Shown here: piece after piece, positions 14,501 through 28,200 of the stretch | Layout of the letters: every line of letters starts with the position of its first letter | How positions within the stretch are numbered: the first letter of the stretch is position 1 | Notes under the pieces: generated by a model | Told to the model about the DNA's origin: nothing | The model's input: only the letters and a program-made list of their open reading frames with translations | Databases searched by the model: none | Translations under genes and position numbers: made by a program | From: Trichoplax sp. H2 | Taxonomy: Eukaryota | Reading direction: 5' to 3' | NCBI GenBank assembly: GCA_003344405.1 | Contig: NOWV01000022.1 | Span: forward strand, 310,001-374,000 | DNA: 64,000 bases

Positions 14501-17500
14501 ATACTCTGTATCTTTTTAGGTTTGGAAAAAAGCAGGAACTCAGATCTTTTATTCCTTAGGCATCGGCTTTGGTAGCTTAATTGCTTACTCTAGTTATAAC
14601 AAGAGAGACAATAATGTTATAAAGTATGTCAACTCCAATGAGTGCTATTAATTTATAATCAATTTACGTACAATGTATCAGGAATTATAGGTAGAATACG
14701 GTTTCATATCATATGTGAATTAGTTGCATTCGATTGTAATAGATTATAGCAAAATCAAGAAAAATAGAAACTTCATAATTATAATATTGGGTGCTATAGG
14801 GATGCGGTTGGTTTGGCACTTATAAACTGTGGGACCAGCTTTTTTGCTGGATTTGCCATATTTTCTATGATGGGCCATATGTCACGCAAACTGAATGTAC
14901 CAGTCGAACGAGTGGTAGCTGAAGGTAAATTTAAATATTTACATAATTATCTAAATATAGTAATCGCTTCTATTAAGCTAAAGTAAGGCAAGAAGAGACT
15001 GTAGACAACTTAGATCTGTACAATGATATTTTCTGTAATATAAATTCTATCTCTACGCAGTCTAGATTTGCTGCATGATATAGATGTACCAAATAATATT
15101 ACGTTATAGTTTAATTTATAGATATTTTACTTATACTTTATCCGAGTGGCTTCTAAATTAACGGATTGTCACAATTTCGTGGCTTCTAAATTAATGGATT
15201 GTCACAATTTCACTTCTGTGACAAGGTAACGTACAGTAAAAGTCCATAAGTAGCTACTGACTTAAACGCCCTTTTACTTAACGTTAAACACACTCAGCAA
15301 AATACTGTAAAGATGAAACTTTTATTAGCAAAGATACATCTACCACTTTTTACCACCACACTCATCTCAAATGTTCCCGTTTATATAGGAACCGTCTAAT
15401 TTGTAAATAACAACGGTGTTATTATTATACCTTACTAGGAGAAATATCTCGAACTGAGATATCCCTTACATAGCTTTTCAATCAGTAAATATTTTGAATC
15501 TCTTACGCATACTTAATCTTAATCTAAGCTCGTAGGTTGTCTAATTCAACTATTATCAACTAGAATTTGAATCATCTTACTGCTATCTATCGCACAATAA
15601 CAATCAATATCAAATATGTAATGAACTCTTACAAACAACATCCACGTTAAGGCATTACTTATCTTACCGAGCACTACAAATATGAATATTCTCCATACTA
15701 GCTACTACTGTGCTTATTAAACTATCCTAATGACAAGGCAACACCGTAACATGGATTTACTTAACCACATGAAGTACAAATTGTCGATGTTGATACTTAT
15801 TAATGTCTGTATTACGATGATATTTTTGTCCAACGTTCATGGCGAAAATAGGTCCTGGATTAGCTTTCATAATATATCCAGCAGGGTTAGCGACTCTACC
15901 AGCAGCTCAGTTTTGGTCGGTGTTATTTTTCTTTATGCTAATCACCTTAGCCTTGGATAGTCAGGTATAATGTGTTACTGTATTTAAATCTAATGTAGAT
16001 AGAAGTATAAAGACAAACTATTGAGCTATGAAATTATGGAAATACTTGTAAAATTTTAATAGCTCGTTACATAAAAATTTAGTTTGGAATGGTTGAATCA
16101 GTAGCGACTGGTATTGAAGACGCTTTTGCAAAACATTTACGTGGTAAGAAGCCGTTGACGGTTGGGGTCTTGTGCGTGGTGCAATTTCTGTTTAGTATCG
16201 CATGTGTAACTCAGGTAAGTCGAATTGATATCTAAATTTTAACCGTTCTAATTGTTATCATTCTTCTAGCATAAAAAGAATTGAGATCTATTTATTAATA
16301 TTTGCCTATTCGATTATTATGATCTGTATTTAATAGGGTGGCATTTATATCTACTATATTTTCGATTCATATTCTGGATCTACTGCGTTGATATTGGCCG
16401 TAGCCGTAGAATCGTTAACTATAAGCTGGATTTATGGTAAATCATTTTGAATCAGTGTTTTAATGATAATTTTTGTATATTTTGATTCGGTGAAAACTCT
16501 TATAGCCGATAATGATATAGATTTTTATTAACTTGTTACAGTACAAGCATATGCGTAAATAGAGTATACCTTATCAGCAAAACAAGTAATTATAATGTTA
16601 TAATTTATTTAGTGTAGTTAGCCTTGGGCTATAGCCTATTGGTACTATTTTAGCTAATTTTGGAAACTTGCAAATATCGTTTTATTTAAGATTTTATTGG
16701 TGTAAAATTAGTCCGTAGAGTAGTTATAATATAAATGTACAAAATTGATAAGGAAATTTGCTGATATACTCTTACATTAACTTTAAAATCTTTATAGCAA
16801 CATTATTAAACAGCTTTTAGATAATACAATTACAAACTTTGGAATATAATTCGAAAGTCAACTTATTTTAACTGACTCATTCTACTTTCCGTTGGTTTTG
16901 TTACTTACGACGAAAATTCTGTTAAATATGGACAGGTGTAAACAGAATGGCTCGTAATATAGAAATAATGAAAGGCTCTCCAGTTTGGTTTGGTTGGAAA
17001 ATCTTTTGGGCTGTTATTACTCCAGGATTTATGATTGTACGTACAAATAATTTTGATCGTCCATCATTTTGCTTATATTATAGCCATTAATCAAGTTCAT
17101 TATTTTAGACTAGAATCGAATAAGGGATACTCTATTAAATGTTAAAAGCGTATAAGAGTACAATATACTGTCGTTGTATATATAATCATGAAAGGGCAAT
17201 ATTAAGTAATTGAAGTATTTTGCATTTCTAATATCATCGATATTGATGTAGATTAGACTAATATATTTATACAATATACTATCATTGTATGCATAATTAT
17301 CAAAGAGCGACATTAAGTAATTGAATTATTTTGCATTTCTAATATTATTGATATTGATGTAGATTAGACTAATATATAGATGAGCTAAATTTAAATATAT
17401 CTTGATTGCAGGTAATTTTCGTGTATAGTATTATTGATTACGCACCACTTAAATACGGCGGTAAGCGTTATCCGTGGTGGGGAGATTTTATTGGTTGGGT

Positions 17501-18076
17501 CATGACTGGGCTTTGCATTATTAGTATCATTATTCCTGGTCTAGTTCTGTTAATTAGGGAGAAGGGTACCCTTAAAGAGGTGAAAAGATAATGAATAATG
17601 ATAAGTTTTAATTCATCGAGTTAATGCTATCTTAATTAATACAAAATTAATATGTGAATGTTTATATCATCATGAAATATGATAATGCTATAGCTTATAT
17701 CTATATAGACTGAATATACTTAGTTATGCTTCTATTTAGTTCTAGTAACGATAGAAGTTGTCTTAATGGCACGAAATAGGCTGCCAATAACAGTCACATA
17801 TATATTACATCATTCCGATAATACTGATGATAATTTTTCTCTTGCTTAAAACAAATCGTAGTCAGATCAAGTTGCATCATTCTTACTTCACCTCACAAAA
17901 TTTCCATTTTTAACTTTTACTAGCGATTGATCAAGTTGTGCTATGTACCAGACTCCGCAGCTGAGATAGCTTTTATGAAGGAAAAGAAGGGTTATTCTGA
18001 AGAAGAAGTATCATCATTGCCAGAAAAAACAGTATTTACAGGAACTGCACCCCTCAATTATGAGTCCAACGTTTAA
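11570..18076 (+). CDS. SLC6 (neurotransmitter:sodium symporter) family transporter, amino-acid/GABA-type. 13 coding exons: 11570-11774, 12752-12886, 13046-13256, 13441-13573, 14203-14337, 14520-14623, 14800-14924, 15852-15964, 16083-16214, 16337-16436, 16936-17036, 17412-17579, 17924-18076
   Basis: [91 protein letters not shown] and LDSQF are NSS motifs. GT-AG introns in phase. Confidence 0.95.
15146..15211. repeat. 33-bp tandem duplication spanning the left junction of the solo LTR
   Basis: gtggcttctaaattaa(c/t)ggattgtcacaatttc occurs twice in tandem. Confidence 0.85.
15200..15751 (-). mobile_element. Solo-LTR-like insertion (552 bp) in SLC6 intron 7
   Basis: Termini TGTCAC...GTAACA with a 5-bp TSD TGGAT (15195-15199 and 15752-15756). 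On the - strand a TATA-like TATATAAA (~15380-15388) precedes AATAAA (~15321-15326). Homologous over its full length to 25344-25893. Confidence 0.75.
17158..17377. repeat. ~110-bp imperfect tandem duplication in SLC6 intron 11
   Basis: attaagtaattgaa.tattttgcatttctaatat...gatattgatgtagattagactaatatat occurs twice. Confidence 0.8.
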
Positions 18077-20889
18077 TATTTACACTAATAATGCGAATAA
18101 TGATATTTTTTTCTTTACATGTAAGTTACGGTACAAGTTTCGTTTTATTCTCCAGTTTAATTAAGTCGGTGTACTGATAATTATAAAGGATTTGTGCGTA
18201 CTCTGTAGCTCTATATTGACTACTTTAATTTCATTTTTACGGCATTCCTTTTGATATGCTTAGTTAACACAATTGAGTAAGATACAAATGTCAAATTACT
18301 CCATAGGTGTACACTGCACAATACAGTATTGCTTGATAGTAATTAAAAGAAACAAAAAGACTCCAGTTTCTAAATTAAGCATTAACAGCGAGTAGTGAGT
18401 TTTCAAGACTATAGCGCAGGATACTAAATAGCGTTTGAATAATATCCTGTATTGACTTAGCTGATTTAAGCCAACAGTTATACATAGTGCGCAAGGTAGT
18501 ATCGCTAGGTATAAAAATGTTACACGGTGTAGCTGAAACTTGCATACTATATTACGCCTTATCTTCTCCCAATAAAAGTATACACTTAAAGGGCTGCAGT
18601 GCAGCCGTATCTAATCCGTTGGGTTCACTTTGACGCTATGTAAACAGAAAATTTTTGTTATACTGTAAGATAGTCTACGGATACTATAAACTATAGTCTA
18701 CAGGTATAGTAGTAAAGCTGTGCACTTCTGCACAAACAGCGTCAAAAATCAATTACTATTAGTTGATGGAGTAAAATGGAATTAGAGCTCGCTGTTGGTG
18801 GGGGGTGGGGAGTAGATATAACTGGTGAAGTAATATCCGTTCGCATAACATAATACTGTAATGAATTCACTAGTCATTGTTATTTTAAAATTTTCTCTTC
18901 CTTATTTAGCTCGTATCAGCAATTCACTATATCGCTACTTCAACGAAAATCAACACAACACGGATAAATTATAGTCACTAAAAATAGGGTAAACAGAAGT
19001 ATAACTTTTTGATCGTCTTCTAATGCACGTAAATGTTTGTAATGTGTACGGAAAAGTTACCGATACATTAGCACATAATTATAATTGGCCATTTTGGTTT
19101 ATTTACTAATGTTGATACAAGATACAGTAGGTTGTGAAGCGCTGCCTGAATTGGAATTTATAGTTCTTGATAGCTATTTTTAAATAGTTACTGCAGTTAT
19201 TATGGTCGCAGAAAAATCGTTCCAACGTTGCGGTTTCTGGTAAGATTAATGTTCAAGGACTGTGAATGTGGGGGAGGGAAAGGGGAGAAAGAGAGAGAAT
19301 ACCAACAGGATACTTTTAGGCTTCTTAGTGTATAGTAACTTTTATTGTCAGACTAAATTATGCTTTACATTTCAACAGCAACACATATCATCATTTCACT
19401 ATTACCGTTGTCATATTTACAGCAGGAAAATAAGTTCTATAGCGAGACTCCTAGTAATTACAAGTGGCGTCGCTAAATCTTAATGGACTACTGGTATCAA
19501 GGGTTACATTTAGGGCGTTGAGATGGTCGTTGGCTGTTAAAAGAAGGATATAAAAGACTGGCTCCATTAGGAGGGAGTCAGTCGCTAGCCTGAGAGTTAG
19601 CTGTACCGTATACACTGTCTACGTGGTCTAATTTTTACTACTGTAATATTCAACAATGATCATTAAGTAATAAAACTATTTTTAACCGCTATCGTGAGAG
19701 ACTAATTCTACGTGTATATTATTGTTTGACTAGATTAGACTTGAGGTAGAAGTAGTACTTTATTACAGAGTATTTATCGATATAGAGTTGATATTTATTA
19801 TACCGTAAAAGGTAATATATAGGCTACTATGGCTAAGTGTGGAAACGCAGCTTGTAGTACAGTTGTAGTATAGACGTAGAACTTTATCATGGGATTGCAC
19901 AACCATCAAAAAGTCATAAAGCTCTATCAGGAATATTACAGTCTACAAGCCTATGTGATAATAACAGCGTAATATGATATCGGGTATATCATGTACTGCT
20001 GGAGTCTAAAATATGGTTGGAAATATGATGAGACAACGAATCTGTTCTGTAAAGCAATTGAATTCTCCTTATTTTATTTCGTTTACCGAGCAAAGCGTAT
20101 TATTATGCATGCAACAACAGCGCACCATGAAGAAACTGTAGTGACTATATCTATAAGTTATGATACAAGATAAGATACGATATTATATTACGGGCGTTGT
20201 TACGATAGGAGAGAATAAACCTAAAAACGCCATGATTTTAATTGCCGGCTGCTGTCAAGTGGGTCTCAAATTAGTGAATTATATATATATATAGTCAATT
20301 GAATTAATGTGGTAGATCAAAATGCATCTTGATCTGGTTATGAAATAGCTTGATGCTATTACACTTGGAGAAGCAGCCGAGATAAGCCTACAGTGGTACA
20401 GTGAAAGGAAAATTTATTTTGTCCTTGATTTGTAATAAAGGAGAAAATACAACTGGAAATTTTTCTCCTTTCTACGGGTATTACATACAGTCCGGTAGCT
20501 TTTCAAGTCAAGAAATAATCAAGACCTTCCTCATTGATTTTGATTCGGTGTTTGAACACATAGGGTATGCTACAAGCCAAGTCTAACGTTAATCTACTGT
20601 CTTGGGATTAGGAATGAAGTTCGGCGTGGAGTTTACTGCCAAAACCAAGTAGGGAAAGGTAATGTTTTCGTTTTACTATATAATATTGGATAATTTCCGA
20701 TATTACGGAAGCATTTGCCAATTGCAATGCTGATATAGTTGTTGTTCAAGGGATAGACAACGTTAGACTAAATAAACTCAATCAAGAGGATAAAGTATAC
20801 AGTCGACGCATAGCACAGTAGAGTGATATTACTCATGTTCGGAATATTTTTACAATGCTGCACTAGGCTACAGTCGCTGACAAGTGATC

Positions 20890-21250
20890 TTGTTGGGGGC
20901 GAATTGACGTCATCGCTTCATTTTATAGAACAGACTCGGATTTTATAGAGTCGCCGATGGAACGACGACTCTATAACATAGCCGGCGATCGTATATATGA
21001 ACGAGGCCGGATACGAAATGGGTCATTTTGCACTCGACTAAAGGAAATAATGTTCCTATGCTGAGGTTGAGGCACCGAAAACTATGATCAACTTATATTT
21101 ACGCGTATATTGATTCTATTTATTTACGCTTTTAGCTGCCTAAACCTCAGCATAGGAAATTATTTCCTTTAGTCGAGTGCAAAACGGCCGATTTGCCTGT
21201 TGGCCTCGTTCATACTGTACGTACAGTACACTGTCAATTCGCCCCAACAA
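20890..21250. mobile_element. Nested palindromic MITE-like element(s)
   Basis: Outer inverted repeat ttgttgggggcgaattgac (20890-20908) / gtcaattcgccccaacaa (21233-21250). Inner ~75-85-bp inverted repeat spans 20996-21214 (tatgaacgaggcc...ttttgcactcgactaaaggaaataat...cctatgctgaggtt and its reverse complement). Small hairpin ttatagagtcg/cgactctataa at ~20943-20976. Confidence 0.75.
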
Positions 21251-21347
21251 TACAGTACAGTACCAAGTGGGCGTTGGACTCTACAGTCTACAGTACTGTA
21301 GGCGCTGTGATTGTAGGACAGGGCAGGGGCCCCAGGGGGTGAGCTAT

Positions 21348-21467
21348 TAAAGAAAAAATTTTACCCTGCACCACGTTTTCCGTCAAAATTTCCCTACCGA
21401 CCAAGGTTTTTTTAGACGGTAGGGAGATTTTGACGGAAAACGGGGGGAGGGTGCAATTTTTTCTTTA
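21348..21467. mobile_element. ~120-bp hairpin (MITE-like) element
   Basis: taaagaaaaaatt..accct..cgttttccgtcaaaat..ccctaccg pairs with cggtaggg..attttgacggaaaacg..agggt..aattttttcttta. TA at both ends. Confidence 0.7.
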
Positions 21468-21691
21468 GTAGTCCCTGATTTAGCTATATAGTTGATATCA
21501 CTGCGCTCAAGCGACAGAAGATACAATCTAGAGTACTGTACAGTACAGTATACAGTACTGTATAGATCATAACGGTTTGAACCGAACCGAACCTTTCTCA
21601 GATCTAGTACAGTACGGTTGATAGCCTGTACAGTGTACAGTACAATACTGTAGACATGGAATGAATGACAGTACTGTACTGTAGACTGCAC

Positions 21692-21950
21692 ACAGTATCC
21701 GAGAAATTTTTCCTAGTTTTAACTAAAACAAAAATAAAATGAATGTACAGAACTTGAACAAATTACTTATCAAACGATAGTAAATGAGTCTATTAATGCG
21801 AATCTGTTAATCTAATTTACGTACAATATCCAGCTCTTTCACAAATTAAGTTGAAAGTGAAATCGTTACTCTCCAAATTCGTCGACATTACAGTACCTAA
21901 AAATCTCCATACTAATCAGCTTGCTACAGTACAAAGTAATCCTGCAGATT
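21692..21950 (+). repeat. Member of a ~250-bp interspersed repeat family, probably a transposon end
   Basis: Aligns by eye with 33740-33952 (gt.tccgagaaa...aatgtacagaactt.aacaaatt...gcgaatc.gt) and with ~34620-34685 (tacagtac..aaaaatctccatactaat.a.ctt.ctacagtacaaa.taat.ctg.aga). Confidence 0.6.
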
Positions 21951-22243
21951 CTTACTGACCCACAATCTGTAGCGTACAGTGTATTGTGCACAGTACAGTC
22001 ATACACTACAGTACAGTACTGTACTGTACTGTGCTCCATGGTACAGTACAGTACGGTACTGTATGCTGTACCGCTGACGGTGACCTTACATCCAATACGG
22101 TACGACCGTATGCTAGCGGCGGACTGTCCTCCGAGATTTAATTCATGAATTATACAGACGTTTTCAAAATAGAAATTTGGGACTGTTGGATCCGTTGTGG
22201 TTGATCTTGAAATAGTTATTATTATTATTAACAGGTTAATACT

Positions 22244-25200
22244 ATGGCTAACCTATTGCGTCTTAGACCGTTGAAAGGAATCAGAGCAAATCCATGGATG
22301 GCAGGATGTTTGAAAGGATCGAAGATGCCGTTCAATGATAGTGGAAGGCTGTTCATACGACGTGGGATTGTCTTATCAACAAGTGTAAAAAATTCCCATC
22401 ATCATCCAGTCCAATGTCGGCAGGAAACACCTCCTCAAGATGAGACCATCAAATTTGATAATTATCGAATTGCTTACAAGGATAAAACTCCATTAGAACT
22501 TTTACGTGGAGTTTTGGTCTACAGATCGTTAACGATCGATTATTTAGTTGATAATGCTATCTGGGTACGTCCATACAAACATTAGCGCCATCGGTCATGA
22601 TGAATATTAAAAGGATGAATTAGAATTGTATTCATTAAAAGTTCAAAGTGTTATACAATATAAAACTACGGTACTGCACTACGTCTTCTTCACCATGGAT
22701 TAATCAATACATTTAGCAAGGTCAATTCAACAAGTCAATGATCCTACTGTATACATACGCAAATCGAATTTTTCAATGAGTTGATGTTTAACGTAAAAGC
22801 TGCTTTTAAATGTGTTCGGACTAGTCTAAGGATTAATAGAGAGAGCTGCATCGACCTACAGTACTCATAATTCTATGGTTGGCAATAGTCCATGCTTCCA
22901 TATACTCCACTACTCGTTATTACTGTAAATACTATACACTGTATAGGTTATCCCTCGATATTCACTATGAAATTATCTACTCTTTCCTTTGACCCTAAAT
23001 AGGACTGTAAAACTCTTGCTATGATTCACCTTGCAAGTGGTTCTTAATTGACTTTCAATCTTTCTATTATACTAATAGATTATGAAGAAATCCAGGAGCT
23101 TACTTGGTAGAACTTTATTCGATAAATTGATGCGAGCAACAATTTATGGTCAGTTCGTAGCTGGCGAAAATCGAACCGAAATTATGACTAAAATTCGTAA
23201 GATGGCTGATTGTGGCGTCAGTCCTATTCTAGATTATGCTACTGAGGAAGATATCACTCGCAACCAGGTTGTTAAGGCCATGAAGTAAGTTACATAGTGC
23301 TAGTATAGATGGTAAAATAGTGAGGAAATGAATTAGTGATACATCCAACGTAAATAAATTCACTCATAGCGTAGAGTGTTGAATCCAGTATACAAACTGA
23401 TCCATACTAGGCTCCCTATTAATCTTACCCATGAATTTTATCTCGAAGCTTTACAAAAGTTATTGATTCTCTTGTAACTACAATTTAAATTTATTCTACT
23501 CGTGATGTTTAACCATGATCAAGTGTACAGTACTTCGGTAACTAAGTTGAAACTGTTGTTCCATCTCTTTTGTAAATTTTCATGCATCTATTAGCTAGTA
23601 AAATGTACATACTTTATCTTAGCATTACTTTATTATATAGATTAGTTCTTCTACAAATGATTATCTACATCTATCTCTCTGTAATAGGAGCCGAAAAATA
23701 ACTGTATAGAACGTAGCAACATATACTTGCATATGTGCAGGATATAAACGTTACAAAAATACTCGAATGTAGTGTGTGATAGAACATTCAACCCACTTAA
23801 TACGCTAGTCGTGATATCTACACAACAAGTGTTACCATGGATCTCTGCTGTACCTTCGATACTTTATATCAGGGGCTACTCATCTTTAGAGTAGTCTCTA
23901 TTTTGTATTACAATTTTTCTACTATTAATTATCACCTTTGAAGTACTGTACAGGTCGAACACGAAATTTCTATGTCCTCCAATATACGGGTATTCATACT
24001 ACAGTACGATGTATCATATATATCCGTGCATTATACTTATTATATAATATACTGTATATGTACCAACTGAAATGGATGATTGCAAATATTGCGTACCGGA
24101 AATTATATGCAATTGACAGACTCTAAAGTAGATAATCATTCTTTGCATATACCATGCATTTGGGCTCACATTTTCACACATAACCTAATACGATTTGCAC
24201 CTGGATGCGATTTCTATATAGAAATTCTGCAACCTGTGCTAACCCCATATACGGTATCTTCATGCTCCTATAAAGCGTATACTGCACAAGTTAAATACGC
24301 AATATTTCTTAAAAAACTACTAAAGCAAAAGTACTGCTAGAGAAAGTACTTCGTACCGACATTTATTGTATATACACATAATTATACAGTACTATATAGT
24401 ATCTTATTAGCATACACTCTGTATGCATTAATTGTACAGTGTCATTTAAAGATTAATCTGTAGATTGACATTAATGTAATTATAGTTTCAATTCTTATAA
24501 ATTTTATATCATCTAATATCTTGCTCTTATTAATTATTTGCTACAGCAAGGAAATGGTTAGTGCGAAATTGGAAACAGGTAACCTACTGTCTATACTTGA
24601 CACGATTCAATATTTAAATAATATTTTCGCTAGTTAAGCATACATTGTTGGCTGTACACTTTACTAATGAACATTTATGTTAATTAATTAACCACATTGC
24701 ACCTTATTATGACTTTTGCTAAAACATGAATACACTTTTAACTACAGATAGTTTTGTGAATGTTACAAATTCAGTCATGTAAATCGAGAATAAGAAGTTC
24801 TTTTTTCATATACTACTGTATTTGTTCACTTCGTCTTTGTTTTACTAGTTAATACTTTACGAATTATCAAATTTCAGCTACATAAGCGAGGTGTGACTGT
24901 ACGTATACACGTGATCTAATCAGCCACAAAATAGCAACTTTTGCTATAGTCAACCCTACCTAGCCAAGTGTATACCTTAACATATTCAATTCATACCGGT
25001 TTAATATTTATTTTTACTCAACAACTACAGTTAGCACTAGAGTTCCAGTTGAAACTCAATTTCAAGCGGATGAGCGATTTGCCGATCGTCGGGAAAACGT
25101 AATTTGTGCAAGAACGTACTTCTACGAGGGCGAACGAAAGTGTGATGAAAATCTAGAAACATTTATGCGCTGCATCGAAACTGCCAGTAAGAGCTAATAT

Positions 25201-28200
25201 AATAGAAAATCATCTAGTAGATAAGATGTAATTATTGATCTTGCAATGGAAAGATTGATTAAGTTCATTATCCGTATCTTGTGAGCTTTGTTTGCATTTG
25301 ATTATAACTTTCAAAGAGATAATTATATCTTGCACTAAGTATTTGTCACAATTCAAACTCTACGACAAGGAAACGTAAAGTAAAAGTCTATAAATAACTA
25401 CTGACTTAAACGCTCTTTTACTAAACGTTAACCACACACAGCAAAGTACCGTAAAGATAGAAATTTTATTAGCATGGACGCATCTACAACTTTTCACGAC
25501 TCAATTCAACTCAAAATGTCCCCGTTTAGATAGAAACCGTCTAACTTGTAAACGATAGTATTATTATTATACCTTACTAAGAGAGACATCTCGAACTAAG
25601 ATATTCCTTACATAGCTTTATCTATAAGTAAATATTTTTAACCTATTAACTTACACTTAATCTTAATCTAAGCATGTATGCCGCCTAGTTCAACTATTAT
25701 AAGCTAGAACTTGAATCATCTTACTACTATCTACGCATAATAACAATCACTATCAAATATGTAACAAACTATCACAAATAATATCCACGTTAAAGCATTA
25801 CTTATCTAACCGAGCACTACAAATATGGATATTTTTCATATTAGCAAATACTGTACTATTAAACTATCCTAGCGGTAAGGTAGCACCGTAACAGTATTAA
25901 ATTATGCTTATTAACAGTAAGTACAGTAAATATTGTAAGCCTATTTGCAGATCTGAATCATTTAGCGGAGCAGAAGTATTATTTGAACTATTTCAACTGC
26001 TGTTAGATCGTTTTATTTCTATGTTTCTATGAAATTTCGACATTTAGAACAAAATGCCGCTTTTAAATGATTATCATATTAGACTTTACTTTTATCATCA
26101 GTTAAGATGATGATAAAGACTAAAAGTTATTGTAATGAAATGAACGACATAATTATAGAAGGCATGGGTAGGCGCCCACTTATTGCTGTAAAAGTGACCG
26201 CATTGGGAGAGCCTAGGCTGCTAGTAAGTGATACGAGTATAATTATTAGTAAAGCAGAACGTATGTATGTCATTGATTTATTACTTATAATATCGTTTAT
26301 CGATTAACAGCTTATATTATAACTGATATAGATTTACAATAATTTGCCATTATCTAATTATACCTCGTATAGACGATGAAGTAATATTGCTACGTATATA
26401 CATATATCTGTAGTTTCTACTGATATAGATCTACAATAATATGCCATTATCTAATTATACCTCGTATAGACGATGAAGTAATATTATTCCGTATATACAT
26501 ATGTCTATAGTTACTACTGATATAGATTTGCAATGATTTACCATTATCTAATATACCTCGTATAGACGATGAAGTAATATTATTACGTATATACGTATAT
26601 CTGTAGTTACAGCTGTCCGCTACTCTTAATCAGACCGAAAGTCTCTTTAACCTAATCGCTATTCAAGCTGATGATGCTATGGATCGCTGTATCACGTTGG
26701 AAAGCTTTAAGAAAGCGTTAGATAAACTACAGGTGAAATTCATAATTGTGATATTAAATAATCATAATTAATGAAACAACTAGGCAGCTCCAGTATCCGT
26801 AACCTTAGGTGTACCCGCTATAATGACTATTATACAGTATTTGCTAATATCAACTGCTTTTTCTCATGCCTTGGCAGCCATGTACATTTCTGTTTATAAC
26901 ACCTACTTTGCATTAATTAAAAGATGCCGCTTACTGATGAACAAGCCACTGAAGTGTTCAGCTGGATTGATATAAATGAAACTGGGTGTGTGCCGTAGAT
27001 GTATGATAGAATATAAATTATTAGAATTCTAAACATTATCAATAAAGTAATCGTTTTATTACAAAATATAGAAAAATAGGAAGGATTGATTGGGGTAGAG
27101 CTCTACAACCTCATATGAAGGTTACCAACTTCTTTTCCAAATTAAAGGTAATATCTTAAAATAATTAGCCACCATTGTGATACCGTTTAATCGTTTATTA
27201 TTACCGTTTTTGAATTTAAAATAACATCAAAATTTCTAGGATGCGACTGGTAAGCCGTTATTCGTTCCAATGGAAGAAGAAGATCTAATACAATGGAAGA
27301 AAGTTGTACATAGGCTTCAAGCTCTTGTTGAGGTATGTCTAACCTCTACACCCTCGCGCGTTATTAACAGTGTTTGTCAGCTATTAGTCTTAATGCTTGC
27401 CTACTCTTTCAGTGTGCTATCCATAGGAATGTTACTCTTATGGTAGATGCGGAACAGACTTATTTTCAACCCGCAATAAGTTGTTTAACAAAAGATTTGC
27501 AAAAGGTCTACAATAAAGAAAAAGGATATGTCTTTAATACATATCAATGCTATTTAAAGGTAGTTTATCGCTATATTAGCCTTAGCATGATGTTATACAA
27601 ATTGACTCTTATCGCTTAAAAGAAGTAATTAATAATACTTGAGTAGAACACGCCCTGCACACTAGCAACTGACTTGGCAGAAGCTAAAAGAGAGAATTAC
27701 ATATTTGGAGTTAAGCTAGTTAGGGGAGCTTACATGGATCAAGAAAGATTGCGTGCAGAAACTTTAGGTTATGAGGATCCAGTCCAACCTAACATAGAAT
27801 CAACGACACATTGTTATAATAAAATGTTAACCATGATTATGAATAACATAAAAAACTCAGAAATAATTGTCGCTTCTCACAATGAGGGAACGGTTAAATT
27901 TGCTATCGAAAAGTAGGAGTTAATATTCTTTTTCTAGTCTGCATTAATTTACCTATTGGAATGATTTTACAATCGATTACGAATTTATTGTAGGATGAAA
28001 GAACTTGGCATACGAAAAGATGAGAATAAGGTACTGTTTGGTCAACTATACGGAATGTGCGATCGAATTACGTATGCGTTAGGTAAGATACAATTCATTC
28101 TTTGTATTTCCCTTTTAATAAAGAAATGTCTATGACACCGTAAGAGACTACTATATAGCTTAACATTGCAAACAATGCTAAAATATTGATCGAATGTTGT

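Noticed and set aside
19556..19588. Helitron 3' end (hairpin gactggctcc/ggagtcagtc followed by CTAG)
   Set aside because: The spacing to CTAG is too short, and no 5' TC end or second copy was found.
26322..26610. CRISPR-like array interpretation of tandem repeats (also 44262-44392)
   Set aside because: No unique spacers, eukaryotic intronic or intergenic context, and no cas genes.
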